Source: Longimicrobiales bacterium
Lineage (GTDB): Bacteria; Gemmatimonadota; Gemmatimonadetes; Longimicrobiales; Gaopeijiaceae
NCBI GenBank assembly: GCA_965202985.1
Contig: CBDBCF010000001.1
Coordinates: forward strand, 224,001 to 288,000
Reading direction: 5' to 3'
DNA: 64,000 nt
Shown here: in pieces, positions 1-8,993 of the stretch
How the letters are laid out: the number at the start of each line of letters is the position of its first letter
How positions within the stretch are numbered: position 1 is the stretch's first letter
Made by a program: the position numbers and the translations under genes
The notes under the pieces: generated by a model
The model's input: the letters and a program-made list of their open reading frames with translations, nothing else
The model's database searches: none
What the model was told of the DNA's origin: nothing

Positions 1-7
1 CGCGCAG

Positions 8-1642
8 GTGTTGGCCGAGCGCCCGGGCGGGTCGCGTCGGGGGGGCGGGGGCAGGGCGGCAGGCTCGGCTGGGCCGGGAGGCGCGGGAGGCGCGGGCAGA
101 GGCGTGGCCGCGCCGCCGCGTCGGGTCAAGCGCCGAGGTCCCGCCGCTTGGTTCTTGGACGAGACGCCGCCGGGCCGCGCCATCGTCCTCCGGACCGCGC
201 GCAAGCAGGTCGTTCGCCGGACGGGCGGGCACTACCCGGCACCTCTGGCGGTGCTAGAGGTGCTGCGGAAGGGGCTGGGGCGCAGCGTGGAGGCGAAGCT
301 GGAGCTGGAGGCTCGGGCGGCGGGCGCACTGGTCGCGTCGTCCGTGTGCAAGAACCTGCTCTTCCTCTTCCGGCTTCGGGAGCGGGCCGTCAAGGGACCG
401 TGGGGGGCGGCGGGCGCCGTGGCGCAGGAGGTGGACCGGATCGCCGTGATCGGGGCCGGGGTCATGGGGGGCGGCATCGCCCAGCTGGCGGCCTACCGGG
501 ACATTCCGGCGCGCATGAAGGACATCCGTCACGACGCGGTGGGCGCAGGCTTGGCGTTCGCGCGTTCCGTGTTCGACAAGGCCGTCGAGCGGCGCAAGCT
601 GTCGCGGCGCGAGGCCGACGCCAAGATGGCGCTCGTGTCGGGCGGGCTGGACTACGCGGGGCTGGGACAGGTCGGCGTGGTCGTGGAGGCGGTCGTGGAG
701 CGCATGGACATCAAGCGGCAGGTGCTGGCGGAGGCGGAGGCCGCCATGGACCCGGAAGCGGTAATGGCGACCAACACGTCGTCCCTTTCGGTGGACGCGA
801 TGGCCGCGGGACTGCGGCGACCGGCCCAGTTCGCGGGAATGCACTTCTTCAACCCGGTCCACCGGATGCCCTTGGTGGAGGTCGTGCGCGGCAAGGAGAC
901 AGACCCCGCCGCGGTGGAAACGATCGCCGCGCTGGCCGTGCGGCTAGGCAAGGTTCCCGTGGTGACGGCGGACGGACCCGGATTCCTGGTCAACCGCATC
1001 TTGGGCGCGTGCCTCAACGAGGCCGGACACATGCTGGACGACGGGTTCGACGCGCAGGCCGTGGACCGCGCCTGGACCCGGTTCGGGATGCCGATGGGGC
1101 CGTACCGGCTGTTCGACGAGATCGGCATCGACGTGGCCCACCACGCCGGCACCTCCCTGGCAGCCGCGCTGGGCGAGCGGATGACGCCCGCGCCCGCCTT
1201 GGCCGCCTTGGCCGAGTCCGGGCGACTGGGACGCAAGGGAGGTCTGGGCTTCTACCGCTATCGGGACGGACGGGCCAAGGGGTTCGACTCGGAGGTCTAC
1301 CGGGCCATGGGGCGGGACGGGATCGCCCGAAGGACGCCGGACGCCGAGGAGGTGCGGGAACGCTTGGTGCTGACCATGGTCAACGAAGCCGCCCGCGTCT
1401 TGGAGGAAGGCATCGTGGTGACGGCGGCGGACGTGGACCTGGGCATGGTCATGGGGACGGGGTTCCCGCCGTTCCGGGGCGGACTCCTCAAGTACGCGGA
1501 CGACCGCGGGCTGGCCGATGTGGTCCTGGCCGTGAAGGCGCTCGGGGACCGCTTCGGCGCGCGGTTCGAGCCGAGCCCGCTGCTGCTCGAGCTGGGCGCG
1601 CGCGACGGCGCCTTTCACGAGGCCTATCCGGCTCGCGCATGA
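8..1642 (+). CDS. fadJ: Fatty-acid oxidation complex alpha subunit (3-hydroxyacyl-CoA dehydrogenase part), 5'-partial
   Basis: GAGVMGGGIA NAD-binding motif, EAVVE, TNTSSL, GMHFFNPV, PGFLVNR, GTGFPPFRGG. The gene begins before the window. Confidence 0.9.
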   Translation: MLAERPGGSRRGGGGRAAGSAGPGGAGGAGRGVAAPPRRVKRRGPAAWFLDETPPGRAIVLRTARKQVVRRTGGHYPAPLAVLEVLRKGLGRSVEAKLELEARAAGALVASSVCKNLLFLFRLRERAVKGPWGAAGAVAQEVDRIAVIGAGVMGGGIAQLAAYRDIPARMKDIRHDAVGAGLAFARSVFDKAVERRKLSRREADAKMALVSGGLDYAGLGQVGVVVEAVVERMDIKRQVLAEAEAAMDPEAVMATNTSSLSVDAMAAGLRRPAQFAGMHFFNPVHRMPLVEVVRGKETDPAAVETIAALAVRLGKVPVVTADGPGFLVNRILGACLNEAGHMLDDGFDAQAVDRAWTRFGMPMGPYRLFDEIGIDVAHHAGTSLAAALGERMTPAPALAALAESGRLGRKGGLGFYRYRDGRAKGFDSEVYRAMGRDGIARRTPDAEEVRERLVLTMVNEAARVLEEGIVVTAADVDLGMVMGTGFPPFRGGLLKYADDRGLADVVLAVKALGDRFGARFEPSPLLLELGARDGAFHEAYPARA

Positions 1643-2268
1643 GCGGCGACGTGGCCGGCGTGATCTTGGCCGCGGGCCGCTCGAAGCGCATGGGCGTCCC
1701 CAAGGCGTTGCTGGACGCCGCGGGCACGACGTTCGTGAACCGCTTGGCGAAGACCCTGTCCCTAGGAGGCTGCGCCCCGGTTCTGGTGGTCGTTCCGTCG
1801 AGCGGCGGGCGTGTGGCCGAAGAGGTGGCCCGGGGCCCGGGCCGCGCCGTGGTCAACCCGGGTGGCCGCGGCGGCCAGATCGGCTCGTTGCGGGTCGCCC
1901 TGACGCGCCTCCGCGACCTCGATCGTTCCCCCGGCGCCGTCGTCTTCACGCCGGTGGACAACCCGGCCGTCGCCCCCGACACGATCTGCGCGCTTGCCCA
2001 CGCATGGCGCCACGCGACCGCTGCCGTCGTCGTGCCCGTTCACAGAGGCATCCGCGGTCACCCCGTCCTTGCGGACATGTCGATCGCCGACGAATTCTTC
2101 CAGGACGGCTTGGCCGACGGCGCACGAACCGTGGTCCGGCAGGACTCGGCCCGCGTTCTGGAACTCCCCGTCCCGGACCCCGCCGTCGCCGACGACCTGG
2201 ACACCCGCGAGCGCTACCGAGCACGCTTCCCGTTCCCGCGCCCAACACCCGTAGCGGAGAGCCGATGA
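1639..2268 (+). CDS. MobA/MocA-like NTP transferase (molybdenum cofactor nucleotidyltransferase family)
   Basis: ILAAGRSKRMGVPKALL, GHPV and DLDT motifs. ATGA overlap with the upstream gene; xdhC genes nearby. Confidence 0.85.
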   Translation: MSGDVAGVILAAGRSKRMGVPKALLDAAGTTFVNRLAKTLSLGGCAPVLVVVPSSGGRVAEEVARGPGRAVVNPGGRGGQIGSLRVALTRLRDLDRSPGAVVFTPVDNPAVAPDTICALAHAWRHATAAVVVPVHRGIRGHPVLADMSIADEFFQDGLADGARTVVRQDSARVLELPVPDPAVADDLDTRERYRARFPFPRPTPVAESR

Positions 2269-3425
2269 ACAAAGACAAGTACCGTCGAGTCGCCCTCAAC
2301 GAGCCGCCTAGCGACGCGGCGCACCAGGCCGTCGCCACGTTGAACGAGTATTTCGACCCCGACGACTTCGTTGCGACCATCACCGACGGGCTCGTGGAAG
2401 TTTGGGTGCGACAAGTGGATATGACCACCTTGACCCACGCAACCCAGGCGGCCACAGCAGTGCACGAAGACATGGACCTCCCAGACCGGATCCTGTCGGC
2501 CGTGGCGGAGATCGGCAGCTATGGCCTCAACGGAAACAAGCGACTGTACGTTGGCTACAACAGAGAACGGAAGGTCGTCGGCCGCCGGAAGAAGGAAGCT
2601 CGCCGGGGCAAGCACTACTATGCCCAGAGCACCGACTTCGCGCGGCAGACCAACCCTCTGCCGGATCAGTTTATCGACAGCGTGTTGCGGGGCGACAGCG
2701 AGCATGTCCTCAAGGAACTGCCCGACAACTGCGTGGACTTGATCTTCACGTCGCCGCCGTACAACTTCGGACTCGGGTATTCCGGCGCTGAAGACGAGGA
2801 CGCCGTAGACTGGCAATCATACTTCGACAAGTTGTTTCGAATTCTGGACGAATGCATTCGCGTTCTCAAGTTCGGTGGCCGATTGATCGTCAATGTTCAA
2901 CCTTTGTTTTCCGACTATATTCCAAGTCATCACATGATATCCAACCATCTTATGAAGAAGCACCTGATTTGGAAGGGAGAAATACTGTGGGAAAAGAACA
3001 ACTACAATTGCAAGTACACGGCCTGGGGCAGCTGGAAAAATCCTTCCAGTCCTTACTTGAAATACACGTGGGAGTTCCTCGAGGTGTTCTGCAAGGGAGA
3101 TTTGAGGAAGAAGGGCGATTCCGCGCACGCCGACATCGACGCGCAGTCCTTCAAGGAATGGGTATTGGCGAAGTGGTCGATCGCTCCTGAACGCAGAATG
3201 CGGGAGTTCGATCACCCGGCCATGTTTCCTGAAGAGTTGGCGCGGCGTGTTCTGTTGCTGTTTAGTTTTCGCGGGGACATCGTTCTCGACCCATTCAACG
3301 GCGCAGGCACGACCTGTGTGGCAGCTCGCCGCAATAGCCGCAGGTTCATTGGCGTGGACGTATCGGAAGCGTACTGCAAAATCGCCGAATCCCGGCTGGC
3401 AAATGTACAGACGTCGATGTTTTGA
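2265..3425 (+). CDS. Site-specific DNA methyltransferase, beta class (SPPY, probably N4-cytosine)
   Basis: FTSPPYN catalytic motif precedes HPAMFP and VLDPFNGAGTT SAM motif. Lower GC than flanks. Confidence 0.9.
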   Translation: MNKDKYRRVALNEPPSDAAHQAVATLNEYFDPDDFVATITDGLVEVWVRQVDMTTLTHATQAATAVHEDMDLPDRILSAVAEIGSYGLNGNKRLYVGYNRERKVVGRRKKEARRGKHYYAQSTDFARQTNPLPDQFIDSVLRGDSEHVLKELPDNCVDLIFTSPPYNFGLGYSGAEDEDAVDWQSYFDKLFRILDECIRVLKFGGRLIVNVQPLFSDYIPSHHMISNHLMKKHLIWKGEILWEKNNYNCKYTAWGSWKNPSSPYLKYTWEFLEVFCKGDLRKKGDSAHADIDAQSFKEWVLAKWSIAPERRMREFDHPAMFPEELARRVLLLFSFRGDIVLDPFNGAGTTCVAARRNSRRFIGVDVSEAYCKIAESRLANVQTSMF

Positions 3426-3763
3426 GTATCGTGTTGTCTCGATCTGAATTGACGTCATTGTACGACAGAGTCGTCCAGGGCGTTGACGAACAGGCTTCTG
3501 ATCAGGAGAATCGAGCCTATGGAGGCAAGTTGCGCTCCGTTAAGGGCGAGTTGGTTGAGAAGATGGCCCGCGATATCATACGTCTTGGTTGGCAAGATAT
3601 TGGAGGCAAACAGGAACGGCTGTCCTTTGGAAACAAGAAGTATAAAGTATACGTGACGGACGATCAATCCATACACAAGTCCGATTTCTTCAAGCCGCTT
3701 GAGATCGACTGCCTAGACCATGCCATCGGTGCTCTTGGAAAGATGCTTCGGCCTTTTGTCTAG
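3422..3763 (+). pseudogene. Probable type II restriction endonuclease, internally deleted
   Basis: Coupled to the MTase. RAYGG..KG.LVE N-terminus and IHK.DFFKPL C-terminus resemble REases partnered with such MTases (recalled similarity). Only 113 aa, with no catalytic core visible. Confidence 0.55.
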
Positions 3764-4637
3764 TTCCCCAAGGCCGCTTTCTGCTGCGGACGCGGCCGCG
3801 GCGGTGCTCGATGCGACTCGTGCGGGACGACGAGTCTACTCGGCGGTCGTTACGCGGTCTCCGGGCGGGGGCTTGGACGGTCGGCGCTGGTGGGCGGCCG
3901 CGCAGTTCGAGGACGGGGCGCAGGACGCGGGCGGCGGATCGCTGGGAAACGCATCACTGGAGCGGGCGGTGACGGCGGCGCTGCCGGACTTGTTTCCGGC
4001 GCGGGACGGGGGCGGGGCGTACAGTCGGAAGTTCGAGTACGAAGACGACGACGGGCAGGCGGCGACGGCAACGGTCTACGTCGAACTCCGCGGCCCGCCC
4101 CCGCAGCTGGTGATCGTGGGCGGCGGACACGTGGCCGTTCCCTTGGCGCGGCTGGGCGTCATGCTGGGGCTTCGCGTCGTGGTGCTGGACGACCGGCCCG
4201 AGTTTGCCGAGGCCGAGCGGTTTCCCGGCGCCGCGGTTCGCGCCATCGACTTCGGGGACCCGTTCGCCGACACGCCCTTGGCGCCGGCGGACCACGTGGT
4301 GCTGGTCACGCGGGGCCACCGCTTCGACTACGAGTGCTTGGTCCGGCTTCTGGCCATGGAGCGCCCGCCCGCCTACATCGGCATGATCGGCAGCCGGCGC
4401 AGGGTTCGGGCAACCCACGAGCAGCTTGCGCGGGAAGGCTTCGGCCCCGAGCAGATGAAGCAGGTTCGGGCGCCGGTCGGGCTCGATCTGGGCGGACAGA
4501 CGCCCGCCGAGATCGCCGTGTCGGTGGCCGCCGAGGTCGTCCTGTTCCACGGCGGCGGCTCGGGTGTGCCGCTCTGCGACCGGGAGCGGGTAGTGGAACG
4601 GTTCTTCGAGCGGACCGCCGGGAGGTCCGGCGCATGA
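3756..4637 (+). CDS. xdhC: XdhC family protein (Rossmann domain)
   Basis: LVIVGGGHVA, VLDDRPEFA, YIGMIGSRRR, APVGLDLGGQTPAEIAVSV. Start (TTG 3756) is uncertain. Confidence 0.85.
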   Translation: MSSSPRPLSAADAAAAVLDATRAGRRVYSAVVTRSPGGGLDGRRWWAAAQFEDGAQDAGGGSLGNASLERAVTAALPDLFPARDGGGAYSRKFEYEDDDGQAATATVYVELRGPPPQLVIVGGGHVAVPLARLGVMLGLRVVVLDDRPEFAEAERFPGAAVRAIDFGDPFADTPLAPADHVVLVTRGHRFDYECLVRLLAMERPPAYIGMIGSRRRVRATHEQLAREGFGPEQMKQVRAPVGLDLGGQTPAEIAVSVAAEVVLFHGGGSGVPLCDRERVVERFFERTAGRSGA

Positions 4638-5071
4638 GCGGCGACGCGGATGTGATGGCGTTGCTGGCTGGGAGCGGCGGTCGCGGAAGGGAGAGTCGGC
4701 CGGTCGTGCTGGCCACGGTCGTGTCCACGAAGGGGTCCACGCCGCGAAAGACGGGCGCCAAGATGCTGGTGGACAAAGGCGGCGTCGTGGCCGGCACGAT
4801 CGGCGGCGGCTGCGGCGAGGCCGAGGTGATCGAGGCCGCGCTGGCCGTGCTGGGCGGTGCGCCGCCCAGGATCGTGCAGGTCGACCTGACCGAGGAGCTG
4901 ACTTCGTGGAGCCCGGCGGTCTGCGGCGGCGTGATGGACGTGTTCGTGGAGCGCGCAGACGGCGCTAGCCTTCTTCGTCCTCCCCGTCGCCCGCCGGGAC
5001 CAGCTGGGCCGAGCACAGGCGAGCAGCGTCGACGTAGCACTCCCGCGCCACGGCCGGATCCTCCCGGATGA
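4634..5071 (+). CDS. XdhC/CoxI family protein
   Basis: LATVVSTKGSTPRKTGAKM, GTIGGGCGE, CGGVMDVFVE. The tail overlaps the convergent gene. Confidence 0.85.
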   Translation: MSGDADVMALLAGSGGRGRESRPVVLATVVSTKGSTPRKTGAKMLVDKGGVVAGTIGGGCGEAEVIEAALAVLGGAPPRIVQVDLTEELTSWSPAVCGGVMDVFVERADGASLLRPPRRPPGPAGPSTGEQRRRSTPAPRPDPPG

Positions 5072-5186
5072 AGTCGATCAGGCGCTCGTGGTCGTTCAGG
5101 CCAGCGCCGGGGACGGACAGGATCTCGGAGTGGTACCCGCCCTGTTCGGCGTAGAGCACGCGCACGCGCACGCGGTCCTCGCTCAC
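4965..5186 (-). CDS. Small hypothetical protein (MSEDRVRVRVLYAEQGGYH...)
   Basis: GTG start overlaps the vkor stop; protein-like composition. Confidence 0.6.
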   Translation of the reverse strand: MSEDRVRVRVLYAEQGGYHSEILSVPGAGLNDHERLIDFIREDPAVARECYVDAARLCSAQLVPAGDGEDEEG

Positions 5187-5644
5187 GACGGCGCCCCGCC
5201 TCTCATGCGCCTCCACTCGGGCAACGTCAGCAGAAACACCGCGGTCATCACCGCCGCCGACGCCACGCAGTAGCGGCACCACGCTTGAATGACGACCGCC
5301 TCCAGGTACGTGAGCCACGCGCTGAAGAGCACGCCCAGCAAGGCGCCGCCGAAGATGACGAGGGCCAGGACGCGAGACCCGGCGAACCGAGGCTGCAGTC
5401 CCAGCACGGACAGCGCAAGGAGCACCAAGTATCCCGCCACGCCGATCCCCGACACGGGAACGGGACCCACCGCCGCCCAGCGTGACGACTGGACCACGCC
5501 GCAACCGCCGCTTTCGCCGCACTGGAGCGGTCCCCCGGCCCATCCCAGGTTGTGCGCCATGAGGTAGAACGCCAAGAACATGCCGACCAGCGACAGCGCG
5601 GCCACGCCCATGCGGCTCTTGGCCGGAGCCGGCTCGTCGTTCAA
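5183..5644 (-). CDS. Vitamin K epoxide reductase (VKOR) family protein
   Basis: C..SGGC..V..S.W loop, transmembrane helices, WCRYC CxxC. Coupled to dsbA. Confidence 0.9.
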   Translation of the reverse strand: MNDEPAPAKSRMGVAALSLVGMFLAFYLMAHNLGWAGGPLQCGESGGCGVVQSSRWAAVGPVPVSGIGVAGYLVLLALSVLGLQPRFAGSRVLALVIFGGALLGVLFSAWLTYLEAVVIQAWCRYCVASAAVMTAVFLLTLPEWRRMRGGAPS

Positions 5645-6363
5645 TTCGCCCCGCCAGCCTCGATGGCGCGCTGGACGTCCAGGAACTGGAAGCCGCCCAA
5701 GCGCTGCGCCGGCCCGCTGCCGCCGTGGTGAACGAAGATCGTCGGCGTGCCCGCCACGCCCAGCAGCCGGCCGAGTCGAAGGTTGGCCGTCACCACGTCG
5801 GCGTGCCGGTCGCTTTCGAGGCAGCCGCGGAACGCGTTCGCGTCCAGCCCCGTCTCTTCCGCCAAGGCGACGAAGTGGCCTGTCGCGTCGCGCATGAGCG
5901 CCCAATCTCTCTGGGTGCCGAACACGGCGTCGTGATACTCGAAGTAGCGGCCCTGGCCCTGGTCGCCGGCGCAGCGTGCGGCCCGAGCGGCCAGGAAGGA
6001 GTGGCGATGACTGGCCAGCGGAAAGTCGTGAAACACCAGCTTGGCCTGCCCGGTCTCGATGTAGGTCAAGTCCAGCCGCGGCTTGACGAGCTGGGCGAAC
6101 TGGCCGCAGGCGGGGCACTGATAGTCGCCGAACTCCATGATGGTGATCGGAGCATCCGCGTCTCCGTAGACGATGCCCTGGGCCAAGTCGACCAGTTCCT
6201 GGTGCGCGATCTCGCCCAGTTCCACGGGCTCCGTGACCGGCTCGCCACGCTCGCCCCGGAGCGAGATCGCCACCACAACCGCGCCGCCAACCGCCGCTCC
6301 GGCGAGAAGAGCGTAGAACCACTTCAAGCCCGACGACGTCGACGCCCTATTCTTCTTGGTCAT
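5641..6363 (-). CDS. dsbA: DsbA/BdbD-like thioredoxin-fold disulfide oxidoreductase
   Basis: EFGDYQCPAC, DFPL, GVAGTPT; N-terminal membrane anchor. Confidence 0.88.
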   Translation of the reverse strand: MTKKNRASTSSGLKWFYALLAGAAVGGAVVVAISLRGERGEPVTEPVELGEIAHQELVDLAQGIVYGDADAPITIMEFGDYQCPACGQFAQLVKPRLDLTYIETGQAKLVFHDFPLASHRHSFLAARAARCAGDQGQGRYFEYHDAVFGTQRDWALMRDATGHFVALAEETGLDANAFRGCLESDRHADVVTANLRLGRLLGVAGTPTIFVHHGGSGPAQRLGGFQFLDVQRAIEAGGAN

Positions 6364-6509
6364 CTCTTTGCTCCCTGGATGTTCGAATGGGACAAGCCCA
6401 TGTGAAGATGGGCCAAAACAAGCGGCGAAATCAAGTCGGGCCGGGGCTTGCCGCGCCTTGACCGATGGATTTAGTGTCTTGTTCGCGAGCCGCTTACCCT
6501 CCATTTCAA

Positions 6510-6981
6510 GCGTCGCCGGGCTGGCCGTCGCGGCCCTTGCCGCCGAGGGCTGGGCCCGCAGCAAGGCCGAGTTCAGACACCACCTTGCGAAGGCACTTCT
6601 ACGCTCACCTCAAGACCGGGCAGCTCTACGTGCCGGGATCGGAAGTCCGCGCTGCCAACATGCTGGAATACTGGACCGTCTCCCGCGCCAACCGCTGGGG
6701 TTTCGCGACCGCCCCCCTCCGTCCGACGGAGCAAAGACGACCTGGAACCGTCGTGCCGCGTGGCCGTCGTCGGCGATTCGTTCGTGGATGCCAAGCGGGT
6801 TCCGCTGTTCGACAAGCTGCATGTCATGCGTCGGAACGGCCGCGTTCAAGATCTGCACTTTGCCCACGACGGCCACTGGAACGCCACGGATCACCATTGG
6901 GCGGCGGGAACTCTGCTGGAATGGCTGGAACGGAACCGGGACGCCTGTGCTCGCGGTGGGCCGCCCAATCCGCACGAATGA
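6510..6981 (+). pseudogene. Degraded, internally deleted paralog of the SGNH-like gene at 11963-13245
   Basis: Shared segments in shifting frames: ALAAEGWARS, VPGSE..N.L.YW.V.R.NRWGF.DRPPP, VAVVGDSFV, HWNA..H.WAA..LLEWLE.N.D.C. Confidence 0.8.
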
Positions 6982-7029
6982 CGCCAAACGGGCTCGTCGG
7001 GATCCCACCAAGCGGACAATGCCAGCGCG

Positions 7030-7959
7030 CTATTCCAGCTTGGAGGCCGCCTCTCTTGCGTGCCGAGCATTGGACCGCCGGTAGTCGGACCACCCGTGCA
7101 GCATCTTCGTCATGCGCACCCCGAAGGGCGCCGCCTCCATGCGAGCCATCTTTGCTTGAGCGGTCTTCTTCGCGGCGAACGCCAGCACTGCCAACGGCGC
7201 GGTCCTGCCGAACACGCGCGCCATCATTGCGCCCTTCGCATACATCAAACGCCTGTCGGTGTGGCTCCGCGCCGCGGTGGTGACGGCCGGGTGGGACGAG
7301 ATCACGCTGGGGACGAACCAGACCTTCAAATTCTTGCGCAGGGCGTCCGCCAGGAAGATGCACTCTTCGCCGGATGCGTACCTTGCGCCAAATCCGAAGT
7401 CGGTGTCGAAGCGCAGCCCGACCTTCCTGACGCGAGAAAGCCGGAACGCGATCTCGGGCGTCCGAACGCGATGGACGCTGAGCACCGAGCGCAGCGGTCG
7501 GGGGCGCGTCGGGTAGCGCCTCCGCAGGGCACCGTCGGGCGTTCTCTCGGCAAAGGTGAGGATGTCCGCTTCGGGAAACCGAGCGAACGCTTCCTCTATG
7601 CGCTCGCAGACGTCGGGGACGTAGCGCTGGTCGTCGTCGCCGAGCAGGCAGATCTCGTCGGACGCGAGATCGAGGGCACGGTTGCGGCTGCGCGCCAACC
7701 CGCGCTCCCGGGGCTCGTCCAGTGCCGCGAAGCCCTCGGCCACCGACGGGTCGTAGCGACGGAACGAGGCCGCGGGCGCGACGGCCGGCGCTCGAGCCTT
7801 GGTCGGGGGTGGGGCAGGCGCCTGCACCGGGCGAGGGACGGGACGGCGCAGCGCGTAGGCGGCCGGGGCGAGTTGGTTGACGACGACGAAGCGGTCTTGG
7901 CCCAAGCCGGTGGCGGCCCAGTCGAATCGGGCGTTGACCGTGGACATGAGGACTTGCAC
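7030..7959 (-). CDS. Glycosyltransferase family 2
   Basis: VLMST, VVVNQ, GLARSRN.AL, DDD motif, FD..FG.GA.Y.SGEE.IF. Confidence 0.8.
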   Translation of the reverse strand: MQVLMSTVNARFDWAATGLGQDRFVVVNQLAPAAYALRRPVPRPVQAPAPPPTKARAPAVAPAASFRRYDPSVAEGFAALDEPRERGLARSRNRALDLASDEICLLGDDDQRYVPDVCERIEEAFARFPEADILTFAERTPDGALRRRYPTRPRPLRSVLSVHRVRTPEIAFRLSRVRKVGLRFDTDFGFGARYASGEECIFLADALRKNLKVWFVPSVISSHPAVTTAARSHTDRRLMYAKGAMMARVFGRTAPLAVLAFAAKKTAQAKMARMEAAPFGVRMTKMLHGWSDYRRSNARHAREAASKLE

Positions 7960-7985
7960 CGGACGGGCAACCCCTGCTTCTGCCT

Positions 7986-8993
7986 CTACGCGGAAGCCGC
8001 TCGGGAAGGGGCGCCGGCGGGGGCGTCCGGAATGGCAGCGGCCATGATCTCCGGCAGCAGCGACGTGTCCAGGTTCCCCCCGGACAGAACCGCGCAGACT
8101 TTGCGGCCCGCGCTGCGGACGGTGCCGGTCAACAGCGCAGCAACGGCGGCCGCGCCCGAGTACTCCACCACCAGCTTGCGGCGTTGCAGGAGATGGGCGG
8201 CGGCGCGCTGGACGGCGGCGTCGGGGACGAGCACCACGTCGTCCAGAAACGCCGCCGCGTGGGCGTGGGTCAGGTCGCCGGCGCGGGTGGGCGCCAAGCC
8301 GTCGGCGATGGTGTCGATGCGGTCCAGCAAGACGGGGCCGCCGGCGTCCAGCGCCCGCCTCATGGTGGGTGCGCCTTCGGGTTCCACCCCGACCACCTTG
8401 GCGCCGGGACTTCGCCGCTTCGCCGCGGCGCCGCAGCCTGCCGCTTGTCCTCCGCCTCCGATCGGCAGCAGCAGCATGTCGGCTTCGGGCCAGTCGTCCA
8501 GCACCTCCAAGGCCAGCGTGCCCTGACCTGCGATGATCCATCGGTGGTCGAAGGGGGGAACCATGACCAAGCCCTCGGCCTGGGCGATCTCCTCCGCCTG
8601 CGCGCGACGGTGCTCGGACATGGTTCCGGCGAACTCGACCTGCGCCCCCAGCCGGCGGGCGCCGTCGCTCTTGACCCGGGGCGCCGTGGTGGGCATCACC
8701 ACGACCGCGCGGATGCCGTGCCGACGGGCGGCGAACGCCACCGCCTGGGCGTGGTTGCCCGACGAGTACGTGATCACGCCCCTTGCCCGCGACTCCGGCG
8801 ACAGACGGGCCAGGAAGTTGCAGGCGCCCCGGGCCTTGAAGGAGCCGGCCTTCTGGAGGGACTCGCACTTGAGCCGCACTTCGCCCCCGAGCGCTTCGGA
8901 CAGGTCGGGATCGGGCAGTAGGGGGGTTCGCACCACAGCCCTCTGGATGCGCTCCGCCGCGGCCTCGACGCTGGCCAGGGAGACCAGCGACAC
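7986..8993 (-). CDS. Threonine/serine dehydratase (PLP-dependent)
   Basis: RTPL, KCESLQKAGSFKARGA, SSGNHAQ, PIGGGG, LSGGN. Confidence 0.9.
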   Translation of the reverse strand: MSLVSLASVEAAAERIQRAVVRTPLLPDPDLSEALGGEVRLKCESLQKAGSFKARGACNFLARLSPESRARGVITYSSGNHAQAVAFAARRHGIRAVVVMPTTAPRVKSDGARRLGAQVEFAGTMSEHRRAQAEEIAQAEGLVMVPPFDHRWIIAGQGTLALEVLDDWPEADMLLLPIGGGGQAAGCGAAAKRRSPGAKVVGVEPEGAPTMRRALDAGGPVLLDRIDTIADGLAPTRAGDLTHAHAAAFLDDVVLVPDAAVQRAAAHLLQRRKLVVEYSGAAAVAALLTGTVRSAGRKVCAVLSGGNLDTSLLPEIMAAAIPDAPAGAPSRAASA

